Positions 9,407 through 18,176 of a stretch of DNA of 64,000 nt are shown here, one piece after another. The translations under genes were made by a program, and so were the position numbers. The stretch spans positions 14,337-78,336 of the forward strand of contig CAZAFB010000006.1 of the NCBI GenBank assembly GCA_964484505.1, given 5' to 3'. How positions within the stretch are numbered: the first letter of the stretch is position 1; each line of letters starts with the position of its first letter. Source of the stretch: an uncultured Bdellovibrionales bacterium. Lineage in GTDB: Bacteria; Patescibacteriota; Minisyncoccia; Moranbacterales; GWC2-37-73. The notes beneath the pieces are model-generated. The model was given only the letters and a program-made list of their open reading frames with translations, was not told where the DNA came from and made no database searches.

Positions 9407-10327
9407 ATGGGCATCAAAAAGAACAAAAACAGTCCAATTAAACTCACCGCCAAAGAAAAGAGGAACATAGCCATAATCGGCAGTGGCGTAGTTGGCAAAG
9501 CCACAGGCAAAGGCTTTATGGACATGGGTCACGATGTTGTTTTTGCCGACATCAACACAATCCTAGTCAATCAGCTTTCCAAAGAAAAACTGACTGCCTA
9601 TGAAATGGGTAACAACCACTTATTCGATGAAGATATTTATATAGTAAGCGTCCTAACACCTTTCATGAACGACTCTATTGAACTTCGCTTTATTGAATCA
9701 GCTGCCGCAAGTCTGGGAAATATTTTGAAGCAAAATAAAAAATGGCCGGTAATAATAATCCGCAGTACCGTCCCCCCGGGAACGATTGAAGAAATAATAA
9801 TACCTTTGATTGAACATTTTTCCGGAAAAAAAGTTGACGAAGACTTCGGCGTAGTCATGAATCCCGAATTTCTCAGAGAAGTAAGCGCAGAAAAAGATTT
9901 TCTCAATCCCTGGGTAGTCGTAATCGGCAGCAACAACTATCGGGCAACCAAAGTTATTGAATCCCTTTACAAACCCTTCGGGGCGCCCATATTCGCCATG
10001 AGCCTCAAGGAAGCAGAAATGCTTAAATATGTACACAATTTGTATAACGCCAACAAAATTTCTTTTTTCAATGAAATGCGTATGGTTGCGGAGTCCATAG
10101 GGGTCGATGCTGACAAAATTTTCTCGGCCGTGACCAAGAGCGCTGAAGGAATATGGAATCCAACATATGGAACCAGAAATTTCGGTCCCTTTGGCGGCAC
10201 CTGTCTACCCAAAGACACCAAAGTATTTTTGAACTGGACCCATGACAAACTGAAAAAGAAACTGCCCTTACTTCACGCCACTATAAAAGTAAACGAGGAA
10301 CTTAAAGAAAAAGAATACCTGGAATAA
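9407..10327 (+). CDS. UDP-glucose/GDP-mannose dehydrogenase family protein, apparently lacking the C-terminal UDP-sugar-binding domain
   Basis: N-terminal Rossmann IAIIGSGVVGKATG. Catalytic GGTCLPKD motif. The ORF stops about 40 aa after it, 2 nt before the next gene. Confidence 0.7.
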   Translation: MGIKKNKNSPIKLTAKEKRNIAIIGSGVVGKATGKGFMDMGHDVVFADINTILVNQLSKEKLTAYEMGNNHLFDEDIYIVSVLTPFMNDSIELRFIESAAASLGNILKQNKKWPVIIIRSTVPPGTIEEIIIPLIEHFSGKKVDEDFGVVMNPEFLREVSAEKDFLNPWVVVIGSNNYRATKVIESLYKPFGAPIFAMSLKEAEMLKYVHNLYNANKISFFNEMRMVAESIGVDADKIFSAVTKSAEGIWNPTYGTRNFGPFGGTCLPKDTKVFLNWTHDKLKKKLPLLHATIKVNEELKEKEYLE

Positions 10328-10328
10328 T

Positions 10329-13148
10329 ATGGAAAACTTTTGGACAAATATTTATACTCAACTGTCAACATCAGCATCCTTGATCGCTTTTTATGTTCCT
10401 TTGGGAATAATCGGCATCTGGCGCTGGAGCGTTTGGCTGATCAGAAAAATCGTTTCCCTCTTCTATCAAACGCCTATTGGCAACTTTTCCGGCACGCTTG
10501 CAATAATCACACCGGTATACAACGAAGATCCTTTATTTTTTAAAAAAGCGCTTCAATCATGGGCTCAAAACAAGCCGGATGAAATAATTGCCATTATCGA
10601 CTATTCGGATGAAACTTCTCTGGAAATATTCAGCAATTTTTCGCAAAAACACCCTGAGGCAAAACTCATTGTAACAAAAAAACCAGGAAAAAGACCCGCC
10701 TTGGCAGACGGCATCAGAGCCGCAAAAAGTGAAATTGTTGCCTTGGTGGACAGCGATACGGTTTGGGATAAGAACATCAAAAATCATCTCCTTGGGCCTT
10801 TTTCGGAAAGTTTAGTTGGTGGAATAACTATGCGACAAGATGTCCTCGAAACCGACACCTTGAGCAGAAAAATATTCAAATTTCATCTGGATAACCGCTA
10901 TCTGATTGAATATCCCTTTCTGGCAACAGTCAGTGACGCCCTGGCCTGCCTTTCCGGCAGAACAGCCCTGTATCGAAAATCGGCAATTATTAACTCACTT
11001 GATGATCTTGTAAATGAAACTTTTTTGGGTAAAAAAGTTATCAGCGGCGATGACAAATCACTGACCCATTTGATGCAGAAAAATGGTTGGAAAAGTAAAT
11101 ATTTGAGAGATGCGATCGTTCGCACCCCTGGATCGCCAAACATGCTGTTACTTTTCAAACAACAGCTTCGCTGGGCCAGAAATGCTTCCCGATCGGATAC
11201 TAAATTGATTTTTCAAAAGTGGCTCTGGAAAGAACACAAGGCCCTGGCGCTCTATCTGCTAGATAAATTCATCCAACCGTTTACCCTTCTCATAAGCGTC
11301 GCCTATTTCTTTTCTTCACTATTTTATGGAATTTGGCAAGCAGCCCTGTTAATATTCGCTTGGTGGATGATAAGTCGCGCCATCAAGATGTACCCCCACC
11401 TCAAAGAGAAGCCGTCGGATATCCTAATTCTCCCCTTATACATACCAATAACCTTTCTTACCGCACTGATACGGATATATGCTTTCATTTCCATGGACGA
11501 ACAAGGATGGATTACCAGATGGGATAAGACCAGGCTTGCAAGATTGCAATTAAAACACATGCTCAGTTCCCTTGCAGCAACTGCGGCAATCATCACAGGA
11601 ATATTTTTTGCCGTTGGAGCCTATAGGGAAGTCAAACTTACCGAACCAATTAAAAGAAACTTACCGGGCTACGAAAAAGTAACCGGCAAAGAAAAATCAA
11701 ATATTTTCACACCGCAACTGGCTCGTGCCGACAATCAGGAACTTTCCCAAAAGAAAGAACTTCTCCTGGAAAAGGCGAACCCCGATCCTTTCGGTTATTA
11801 TGTCATAAAAAGCGGCGATACCTATGAGAGTTTGTCGAAAAAATTCAACCTGGATCAAACGGCCAATTTGCTTGATCCCAAAAATAAGAATCCTCTGCCC
11901 AAAAATATTTTTTTGCAACAAGGTCAAAAAATAGCCGTCAAAACATCGGATTTACGCACTCCGATAAACACCACCATATTGACAACTAACCGATTTGCCA
12001 AACCTCCTCGCATAACCTATGACAAAACAAGCAATACCATATTCGTCATGGAAGGCGGGAGCGTAGCTAATCTTACCATCATAAGTAATGGCCTGCGTTT
12101 TATTAATCCAAATCTGCTTACTCAATCAAAAAAAGGCGAGTGGATTTTACGTGCCAATCTTTATGTCGGAAAAAATGTGACACTCGTACTTTCTGCAAAT
12201 GAAATATCCCTGCTCAAAATGAAGAGTGACCCTTCCGGCTTTATTTGGCTACTCAGCGAATCAGGCAATGTTTTGATATCTGGAATCAAAATATCATCAT
12301 GGAATGAGGAAATAAAAGCTCCAGATGAAGACATAAATGATGGAAGGAGCTACATAACAGCCAAGGACAGTGGTCGAATGGATGTGGTTAGATCAGACAT
12401 TGGATATCTTGGATATCCTGGTGCACCAAACAGGGGAGGTCCTTTCGGTGGCTCCTATGGCATTTCTTGGAAAATAAATAGCGGCGGCTTTGGAGATAAT
12501 TTACTTACTGGCGTTGTCCGAGAAAGCAGCTTTCACAATAATTATTTCGGCCTGTACACATTTGGCGCCACAGGAATGCTTATTGATAGCAATAAATTTT
12601 TCAAAAACATCGAATATGGACTTGATCCCCACGACGATTCCAATAACCTCCTGATTGTAAACAACATATCATACAACAATGGTAATCACGGTATTATCCT
12701 TTCCAAGCGGTGCTTCAATAACGTGATTGCGGAAAATATTTCCCATGATAACAGACTGCATGGCATAATGTTGGATCGTTCTTCAAACAATAACCTGGTC
12801 AGTGATAACATAATATACAATAATACCGATGGCATAGTACTATATGATTCTCATAGCAATGTAGTGTACAACAACAAGATTTATAACAACACCAAAGGCA
12901 TAAGAGCTAACGCCGGATCTTCTGAAAATTTCTTTGAAAATAATGAGATTAGCACCAACAACGTTGGCATATATTTATACGAAGGCGCGAAAATAAATAC
13001 CTTTTTAAATAATGACGTACGCGAAAATGAAGTTGGGATTGTTTTGAAAGATGCGGACAATAATATCTTGTTTGATAATCTGAAACCACTTGATAACAAA
13101 AAAGACGGACAAGTTACCGAAGATTCTCAAGACAACAATATCCAATAA
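10329..13148 (+). CDS. multidomain glycosyltransferase family 2 (membrane) - LysM - right-handed parallel beta-helix (PbH1 repeats) protein
   Basis: GT2 signatures (ITPVYNED, DSDT, QQLRWARN). LysM motif YYVIKSGDTYESLSKKFNL. C-terminal repeats NNISYNNGNHGIILS / NIIYNNTDGIVLYDS / NKIYNNTKGIRAN typical of pectate-lyase / AlgG-type beta-helices. Confidence 0.7.
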   Translation: MENFWTNIYTQLSTSASLIAFYVPLGIIGIWRWSVWLIRKIVSLFYQTPIGNFSGTLAIITPVYNEDPLFFKKALQSWAQNKPDEIIAIIDYSDETSLEIFSNFSQKHPEAKLIVTKKPGKRPALADGIRAAKSEIVALVDSDTVWDKNIKNHLLGPFSESLVGGITMRQDVLETDTLSRKIFKFHLDNRYLIEYPFLATVSDALACLSGRTALYRKSAIINSLDDLVNETFLGKKVISGDDKSLTHLMQKNGWKSKYLRDAIVRTPGSPNMLLLFKQQLRWARNASRSDTKLIFQKWLWKEHKALALYLLDKFIQPFTLLISVAYFFSSLFYGIWQAALLIFAWWMISRAIKMYPHLKEKPSDILILPLYIPITFLTALIRIYAFISMDEQGWITRWDKTRLARLQLKHMLSSLAATAAIITGIFFAVGAYREVKLTEPIKRNLPGYEKVTGKEKSNIFTPQLARADNQELSQKKELLLEKANPDPFGYYVIKSGDTYESLSKKFNLDQTANLLDPKNKNPLPKNIFLQQGQKIAVKTSDLRTPINTTILTTNRFAKPPRITYDKTSNTIFVMEGGSVANLTIISNGLRFINPNLLTQSKKGEWILRANLYVGKNVTLVLSANEISLLKMKSDPSGFIWLLSESGNVLISGIKISSWNEEIKAPDEDINDGRSYITAKDSGRMDVVRSDIGYLGYPGAPNRGGPFGGSYGISWKINSGGFGDNLLTGVVRESSFHNNYFGLYTFGATGMLIDSNKFFKNIEYGLDPHDDSNNLLIVNNISYNNGNHGIILSKRCFNNVIAENISHDNRLHGIMLDRSSNNNLVSDNIIYNNTDGIVLYDSHSNVVYNNKIYNNTKGIRANAGSSENFFENNEISTNNVGIYLYEGAKINTFLNNDVRENEVGIVLKDADNNILFDNLKPLDNKKDGQVTEDSQDNNIQ

Positions 13149-13155
13149 AATATGT

Positions 13156-13995
13156 ATGAAAAGTAAGATAGTAAATCTGTTGTTCATTGGCACCTATTTG
13201 ACTGCCATAGTTGCAGTGATCTTTTTCGCGACGCGTTCCGTTATCCAAAAAGAATCTTCACCAAAAGAAAAAGCTGAGCAAATAACCATTCCTGAAATCG
13301 CCGAATCCCCGTCTCCCTCCCAAGTCATAGCCCTCAGTTGCTGGAGTCTGACATTGCCCATCGAAGACATAAAAGACAGCAATCTTCCACTGACCGTACG
13401 ACAACCGGAGCTTGGAAATTTTTCATTTAGCCCATGGTTTGAAACAAACAAGGAATCGGACGGCGTGATCTTCAGGGCTCCAGTCAATGCCCCGACCACC
13501 AAAAATTCAGATTATCCCCGTAGTGAGCTACGAGAGACTGAATGCGGAGAAAATAAAAATAAATTTTGGTCATCCACAAACGGCACTCACTCACTCTATC
13601 TCGATCAAGCCATAACTGCCACTCCTAAAAATAAACCGGATGTAGTCGCTGGGCAAATACACGGCGATGACGATGATATTGTAACTATCAGATTGGAAGA
13701 TAAAAAATTATATGTGGCAAGAAACAAAAGCGATCTATGCGTCCTCGATGATAATTATTCTTTGGGGAAAAGATTCGGCGTGAAATTCGTCATAAAGGAT
13801 GGGCTTATCAGCATATATTATAACGACAATCCGCAATTCTCCTGTTCTTTAGAAAAAAAAGTTTCCAAAGCATATTTTAAAGCTGGAGCATATACCCAAT
13901 CTAATTGCAAAACTGAAGGGAAGCCAGAACTTTGCACTTCCAAAAATTACGGTGAGGTTGTGATATACGAAATCTCAATAACTCATTCTCATTAG
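13156..13995 (+). CDS. polysaccharide lyase family 7 (alginate-lyase-like) protein with N-terminal membrane anchor
   Basis: PL7 signature blocks RSELRE, QIHGDDDD and YFKAGAYTQSN. N-terminal TM helix. An alternative upstream start at 13090 overlaps the previous gene. Confidence 0.6.
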   Translation: MKSKIVNLLFIGTYLTAIVAVIFFATRSVIQKESSPKEKAEQITIPEIAESPSPSQVIALSCWSLTLPIEDIKDSNLPLTVRQPELGNFSFSPWFETNKESDGVIFRAPVNAPTTKNSDYPRSELRETECGENKNKFWSSTNGTHSLYLDQAITATPKNKPDVVAGQIHGDDDDIVTIRLEDKKLYVARNKSDLCVLDDNYSLGKRFGVKFVIKDGLISIYYNDNPQFSCSLEKKVSKAYFKAGAYTQSNCKTEGKPELCTSKNYGEVVIYEISITHSH

Positions 13996-14102
13996 AAAAA
14001 ACAACAACTCAATTCATACAACAAAAAGGCAAGGAAAAACCATTAACCGCTTCATCGCGCTCATTTTTTTCATTTGATCAATCTCATGTTTGTGTTCATT
14101 TT

Positions 14103-14462
14103 TTAGCCCATCCTTGGATGGCCATGCCCCATTGTAGATGATGCCGTGCCCGCCCAAATGGCTGCTATTACCAAAATTGCACCGACAACAAAACTATTCA
14201 AAAGAACTTTCGAGGTCATTGCAGCAAACACAAACGGGGACACAATTAGCCATACGCCCAAAAGACCGCTAACCCAGTTAATCCACATTGACGATCTCAC
14301 CGAGGAAATTTCAATGATTGAAAACAGGGTTATCAATACCCCCACAAAAAACATGCTACTCATAAACCCCGCGCTCATAAAAAGTGCGGAAAGTATCAAC
14401 CAAACCCCGGCGAACAAGCCAATCCAGCCAACTGTCAAAATTTTGTCCGATTTGCTCATCAT
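14103..14462 (-). CDS. small integral membrane protein (4 TM), His-rich C-terminus
   Basis: Hydrophobic segments throughout. Strong SD GAAGGAGGUG 7 nt upstream of the AUG. Confidence 0.5.
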   Translation of the reverse strand: MMSKSDKILTVGWIGLFAGVWLILSALFMSAGFMSSMFFVGVLITLFSIIEISSVRSSMWINWVSGLLGVWLIVSPFVFAAMTSKVLLNSFVVGAILVIAAIWAGTASSTMGHGHPRMG

Positions 14463-14550
14463 AAGCTTTTCACCTCCTTCTAATTTTATATGCTTTCAAA
14501 GTGTAATACACTCTTATTTTGCTTATATTCGGGACAAAAAGAAGTCGCAT

Positions 14551-14592
14551 GAAAAAAGTGGGATTCGCTCTTGCGAAAACCCACTTGAAAAT
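14551..14592 (-). terminator. intrinsic terminator on minus strand (AAGUGGG...CCCACUU hairpin plus UUUUUU)
   Basis: Minus-strand RNA AAGUGGGUUUUCGCAAGAGCGAAUCCCACUUUUUUCAUG. Confidence 0.55.
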
Positions 14593-14603
14593 TAAGAGGG
14601 GTC

Positions 14604-14886
14604 TGAGATTGCTTTAGCCTTGGATGGAATTAACGCGACATCTTTGCTTTTCGACTGTCTAAGTCTTAACACAAGAATTCCGCGAAATCCACCCTGATTC
14701 TCGTCAAAGACGATACTTGGGAATTTCCCTAGGCTGTCACTCGGCATCAAATAGAACTTGGGTTGCCCTGATTTGCCATGACGGGAGTCCCACAACCCTC
14801 GGGCAAACTTCGCCCAAGTTTGGGCTTTTCCCCTTTTCAGGGAATCACGTTTGTTTTGTTGCGCCCCCAAACCCCTCTTTATTTAA
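14604..14886 (-). ncRNA. candidate GC-rich structured RNA / riboswitch-like leader (~280 nt) closed by an 8-bp terminal helix
   Basis: About 50% GC in a 37% GC genome. 5' AGAGGGGU pairs with 3' ACCCCUCU. Many internal helices. Followed by a terminator, then a 95-nt spacer and an SD, then the membrane-protein gene on the same strand. Confidence 0.45.
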
Positions 14887-14935
14887 ATATAGCAATCAAT
14901 AATTATTTATCAACAAAGTTATCCACAAGCAACAC

Positions 14936-15880
14936 TTATACCTGGAGAAAATATCCTGAAAAACCTTGTTTTTTTCCAGCTGTTATTTCACCAACACCAA
15001 ACCATAATTTTGAATGAGAAAGAACATCTTCTCCGCAAACCAAAAGATTGCTAGCATCTTTAAACAATTCATAGTCAAGCTTAGTTTCCATTGAATATAT
15101 TCTTGGGATACTATCTTTATGAGATCTTGCGATATCAAAAACAAGACACTTGTTTCCTTTTTCGCTCAAAATTAAAAAACTGTGATTGCTTGGAAATTCA
15201 TCCGGATCTTCAATGTCATTCAAAATAATACCACTCATGTAGCTTGCCTCAATTCCAATTTTTCTGAGCACGTATTGACCCATGGCGGCCCTTTCAGCAC
15301 ATGCCGTTTTTCCAACCAAATCCGAGAGCTTTGGAATATTTTCATTGCTAAACAATTTAGATCTTTCGAAAGATTTTTCACCAGAATATTCTTCCACTCC
15401 AAGAATAACTTCAACTTTTCTTTGCACCTCCAATAAAGCATAAAATAAATACGGATCAAGATCACATTTTAACTTTTGTAAATATTCAACTACTTTTTCT
15501 TCCCATATCTCCATAAACGCTTCTTTCAATCGTGTTTCATTGGCCAGTTCCAGTTCTTTTTCAAAAGCATCGAAATCCAATTCCAAATACAATTCAAGCT
15601 CCTTTCTAAAAATAGACCCTCCTATTGGCAGCTTGTCCCCTGTTTTTAGCTCATCAGCCCAAATTCCACGATAAATATTCTTGATCCGCGTGTCATTTTC
15701 TTTATTTTCTAAAGCAATCTCATCTTCTGTCCTCTCTTCAATTGCTATGGAACTTTTTTGCTCTTGTTTGGCCGTGATAGTTTTTATAATTTCAGTACCA
15801 TTTTTTTCTGACATAATTTTATACTCAGAGTTTCTTATACTTTTTATTATATCATTAATATTAACTTCGTTCTCCCCCAA
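14936..15880 (-). CDS. transglutaminase-like cysteine-protease superfamily protein
   Basis: C-terminal motif GKTACAERAAMGQYVLRKIGIEASYMSGI matches the TGase core G-x-C-x-(D/E)-x-A...R..GI.ARYVSG, followed by His (NHSFLIL) and Asp (FDIARS). Confidence 0.45.
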   Translation of the reverse strand: MGENEVNINDIIKSIRNSEYKIMSEKNGTEIIKTITAKQEQKSSIAIEERTEDEIALENKENDTRIKNIYRGIWADELKTGDKLPIGGSIFRKELELYLELDFDAFEKELELANETRLKEAFMEIWEEKVVEYLQKLKCDLDPYLFYALLEVQRKVEVILGVEEYSGEKSFERSKLFSNENIPKLSDLVGKTACAERAAMGQYVLRKIGIEASYMSGIILNDIEDPDEFPSNHSFLILSEKGNKCLVFDIARSHKDSIPRIYSMETKLDYELFKDASNLLVCGEDVLSHSKLWFGVGEITAGKKQGFSGYFLQV

Positions 15881-16022
15881 AATAAAAGGGAGATAAAGCC
15901 CCTTTTAGCCTAAATGAGTTAAGCAAATGACGTTAGAACTGTTTTTATGAAGAAAAATGAAATAATCTATATTTCAAGTATAACTATTACCGATCAGGTC
16001 TAGCCGATAAACCCACACAAAG

Positions 16023-16964
16023 TCAATATTTAATCAACTCATACTCTGGCTCTTCATTATTCTTCCATCCATTTATTATAAAAAAACCATCTGATTGCTT
16101 ATATAGAGACTGCTTACCATTTTCAACATTGATAATGTAAATATCTCCCTTCTCTGCATTGGGATCGCCGATGGCAGCGCCATAGACTAGTTTTTTTCCA
16201 TCTTCAGAAAGTTTTGCATCCCCAAACTGGTTATATTTTAATTTTACGTCAAATGTTTTTTTCACTTTTCCATCACGATTTAAAATTTTAATTTTTTTAT
16301 CATCATCCCCACTATTTGCAGTCATAACAAAGATAGCCTCGTCTTTAGACATATCTGTTATAAAGTTATTGACCAAAACAGCTCCATCATTAGTTTTAAT
16401 ATCAATTCCAATAATTTTTGCTATGCTATTTTCATTAAGTCTTAGTTTATAAAGAGCAACTGGACCTCCATATAAAATATATCCGCCTCTGCCAGCTATG
16501 GATATTCCAATATACAAATCGCATTCTGCTTGTTTAAATATTTCCGCATTAACCTCGTAATAGTTGCTAAAATTCTCATCCCCAACAACTTTATTATCTT
16601 TCTTGAAAACAATCCTTGTTCTTCCATTATAATAATCATATTCAAGATTGATTTTTTTGCCATTGCAAATTACTTCTTCAATTTTTGAATCATCAATCAT
16701 GGTTACGCCACCACCAGAACTATTGGCATTATCTGCTACTTGTTTATTTTCATCCTTTAATCCAATCTCGTCTTGATTTAAATAAAGTTGCTCCTCTGAT
16801 GGTTTTGGTGGCATATATTTGCTTGAAATTGTAGCCCTATCGACAGTATAAAGATAAATAAATCTAGCAGCAAAAATGGTGAGAATTAAAATAAATGTCA
16901 CAGAAAAAAATAATGTATATTTTTTAATTTTAGCCTTATCGTGATTTTCAAAAAAATCTATCAT
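16023..16964 (-). CDS. hypothetical membrane-anchored / secreted protein
   Basis: N-terminal TM helix, then a beta-rich sequence; no recognised motif. Confidence 0.4.
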   Translation of the reverse strand: MIDFFENHDKAKIKKYTLFFSVTFILILTIFAARFIYLYTVDRATISSKYMPPKPSEEQLYLNQDEIGLKDENKQVADNANSSGGGVTMIDDSKIEEVICNGKKINLEYDYYNGRTRIVFKKDNKVVGDENFSNYYEVNAEIFKQAECDLYIGISIAGRGGYILYGGPVALYKLRLNENSIAKIIGIDIKTNDGAVLVNNFITDMSKDEAIFVMTANSGDDDKKIKILNRDGKVKKTFDVKLKYNQFGDAKLSEDGKKLVYGAAIGDPNAEKGDIYIINVENGKQSLYKQSDGFFIINGWKNNEEPEYELIKY

Positions 16965-17027
16965 TTTTTAAATTTTATAAATTAATATCAATATTATAAC
17001 ATAGCCTAAACCCTCCACATTAATCAC

Positions 17028-17059
17028 AAAAAATAAGGCTACATAAAGCCTTATTTTAC
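17028..17059 (-). terminator. intrinsic terminator ending the tRNA/rpmG transcription unit
   Basis: Minus-strand RNA AAUAAGGCUUUAUGUAGCCUUAUUUUUUG. Confidence 0.55.
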
Positions 17060-17108
17060 TTGCACGGGGTGAGGGAATTTCCGCTTCCTTCGTCCGCCGT
17101 CGCGGACC
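17060..17108 (-). pseudogene. body-deleted pseudo-tRNA-Trp copy (3'-terminal 18 nt plus 5' flank only)
   Basis: tgcacggggtgagggaat is identical to 17274-17291 (tRNA-Trp 3' end), and is followed by ccttcgtccgccg..gcggac, which duplicates 17347-17368 upstream of the tRNA. The 49-nt tRNA body is missing. Confidence 0.5.
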
Positions 17109-17235
17109 CAGTTAATTGCCCTGGGCAGCGCCAAATGCTCGTCCGCATTTGTCGACGCTCACTGCGAAAATTCCCTGCTGAGAATTTTCTAGTTCGCTTC
17201 TGCCCATTCGATTCCCTTTTCACTTTCACACATAA
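17109..17235 (-). ncRNA. candidate GC-rich structured RNA 'segment 1' embedded in the tRNA operon
   Basis: Co-transcribed position. Paralogue of 17990-18176, with conserved hairpins (GAAAAUUC-UCAGCAGG-GAAUUUUC; CAAAUGC-N7-GCAUUUG) and partially compensatory changes between copies. Confidence 0.4.
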
Positions 17236-17271
17236 GCTAAAAACACACTCTGATTGGTGTGTTTTTAGCTT
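17236..17271. other. perfect 14-bp hairpin immediately 3' of tRNA-Trp
   Basis: agctaaaaacacac-tctgattg-gtgtgtttttagct. Confidence 0.5.
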
Positions 17272-17275
17272 AATG

Positions 17276-17346
17276 CACGGGGTGAGGGAATCGAACCCCC
17301 GCCAAAAGTTTTGGAGACTCTCGTTCTACCACTAAACTAACCCCGC
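17276..17346 (-). tRNA. tRNA-Trp (anticodon CCA), no encoded CCA end
   Basis: Folded by hand: acceptor GCGGGGU/ACCCCGU, anticodon loop CUCCAAA, T-loop GGUUCGAUUCC. Confidence 0.85.
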
Positions 17347-17417
17347 CTTCGTCCGCCGGAGCGGACTTCGGCGGGCAAGCCCGCATAGCCGCGAAGGCGG
17401 AATTTTCTATTTCAAAA

Positions 17418-17582
17418 TCACTTCATCTCCTTATGCAGCGTATGCTTTCTGCAGCGATTGCAGAATTTGTTCACTTCCAATTTTTCCTTGATTTTCTTCT
17501 TGTTGCGTGAAGTGTAATAATTAATTTCCTTGCATTCACTGCAACGAAGCTTCACCATATTTTCCTTAGTTTTAGTCGCCAT
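17418..17582 (-). CDS. rpmG: 50S ribosomal protein L33
   Basis: [29 protein letters not shown]...[14 protein letters not shown]; four-Cys zinc ribbon typical of L33. Confidence 0.8.
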   Translation of the reverse strand: MATKTKENMVKLRCSECKEINYYTSRNKKKIKEKLEVNKFCNRCRKHTLHKEMK

Positions 17583-17908
17583 GTTTGTCTGTGAGGTACG
17601 AGCAGCTACAAACATGAGCGTCCCGCACCAATTCTCTTATTAAAATCTAAATTATTTATTCACTAAGCCATAGGCGTTTCCGCGCGATAAAATGACAAAT
17701 ATCACTGACCAAATTCGGAATTTGGTGCGGGAGGCCATTCCTATTTTTTTTGTTGTCGGCTGGCAACTGCCAACAAACTTGGAGCCGCTTAGCGGGATTT
17801 CACGTCGTTATCACTCCTTGAAAACCCACGGTTTTCAAGACTTTCCTCCAACAGAAAACTCCCGTTTTCCGACCCTTTCCCTGTTCAATTCTTAACTCAA
17901 AAGAGTTG

Positions 17909-17981
17909 AGCCGTTGTGCGGGATTGAACCGCAGACCTCATCCTTACCATGGATGCGCTCTACCAACTGAGCTACAACGGC
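17909..17981 (-). tRNA. tRNA-Thr (anticodon GGU)
   Basis: GCCGUUGUAGCUCAGUUGGUAGAGCGCAUCCAUGGUAAGGAUGAGGUCUGCGGUUCAAUCCCGCACAACGGCU. Confidence 0.85.
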
Positions 17982-17989
17982 AACATATC

Positions 17990-18176
17990 AATTAACTTAT
18001 AAAAAACAGCCTCGATGGATTTCCGCGTCGCTCATTTGCCGTCGCAAACGCGCTCCTTGTCCTGGGTAGCGCCAAATCCTCGCTTGCTCGAATTTGTCGG
18101 CGTTCGCTGCGGAAATTTCCTGCTGAAAATTTTCTAGCTCACTGCCACCCGTTCGAATCCCCTTTCACTATTCATA
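17990..18176 (-). ncRNA. candidate GC-rich structured RNA 'segment 2' between tRNA-Tyr and tRNA-Thr
   Basis: About 75% identical to 17109-17235, with shared hairpins. It sits inside the polycistronic tRNA unit. Confidence 0.4.

Noticed and set aside
13090-13155. Upstream start (13090) for the PL7-like gene given in the ORF track.
   Set aside because: It would overlap the preceding gene by 58 nt and adds a non-hydrophobic extension before the predicted TM helix. The ATG at 13156 was preferred, but uncertainty remains.
14592-14870. 92-aa ORF on the minus strand (MGAQQNKRDSLKRGKAQTWAKF...) that ends exactly at the terminator.
   Set aside because: Its basic, non-globular composition, atypical GC content and extensive RNA secondary-structure potential make a structured RNA more likely. 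Kept as an alternative in the finding.
14604-14886. Attempted to classify the GC-rich structured region as tmRNA, RNase P RNA, SRP RNA, TPP riboswitch (a CUGAGA box exists on the plus strand) or T-box (AGGGUGGAUUUCGCGG resembles the T-box consensus).
   Set aside because: No tRNA-like 3' end or tag reading frame (tmRNA). No P4 consensus GGAAAGUCCGG/ACAGAACCCGGCUUA (RNase P). No GGAAGCAGCC domain-IV motif (SRP). The TPP-like match is on the wrong strand and lacks GCGUAGGGA. The T-box-like sequence is mid-domain, not adjacent to the terminator, and the downstream gene is not aa-tRNA related.
17990-18176. tRNA-like T-loop sequence (GTTCGAATCCCC) inside the GC-rich segments suggested extra tRNA genes or 5S rRNA.
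   Set aside because: The flanking sequence cannot form a T-stem or acceptor stem on either strand. There are no 5S signature motifs (CCGAAC, GAUGGUAGUG).
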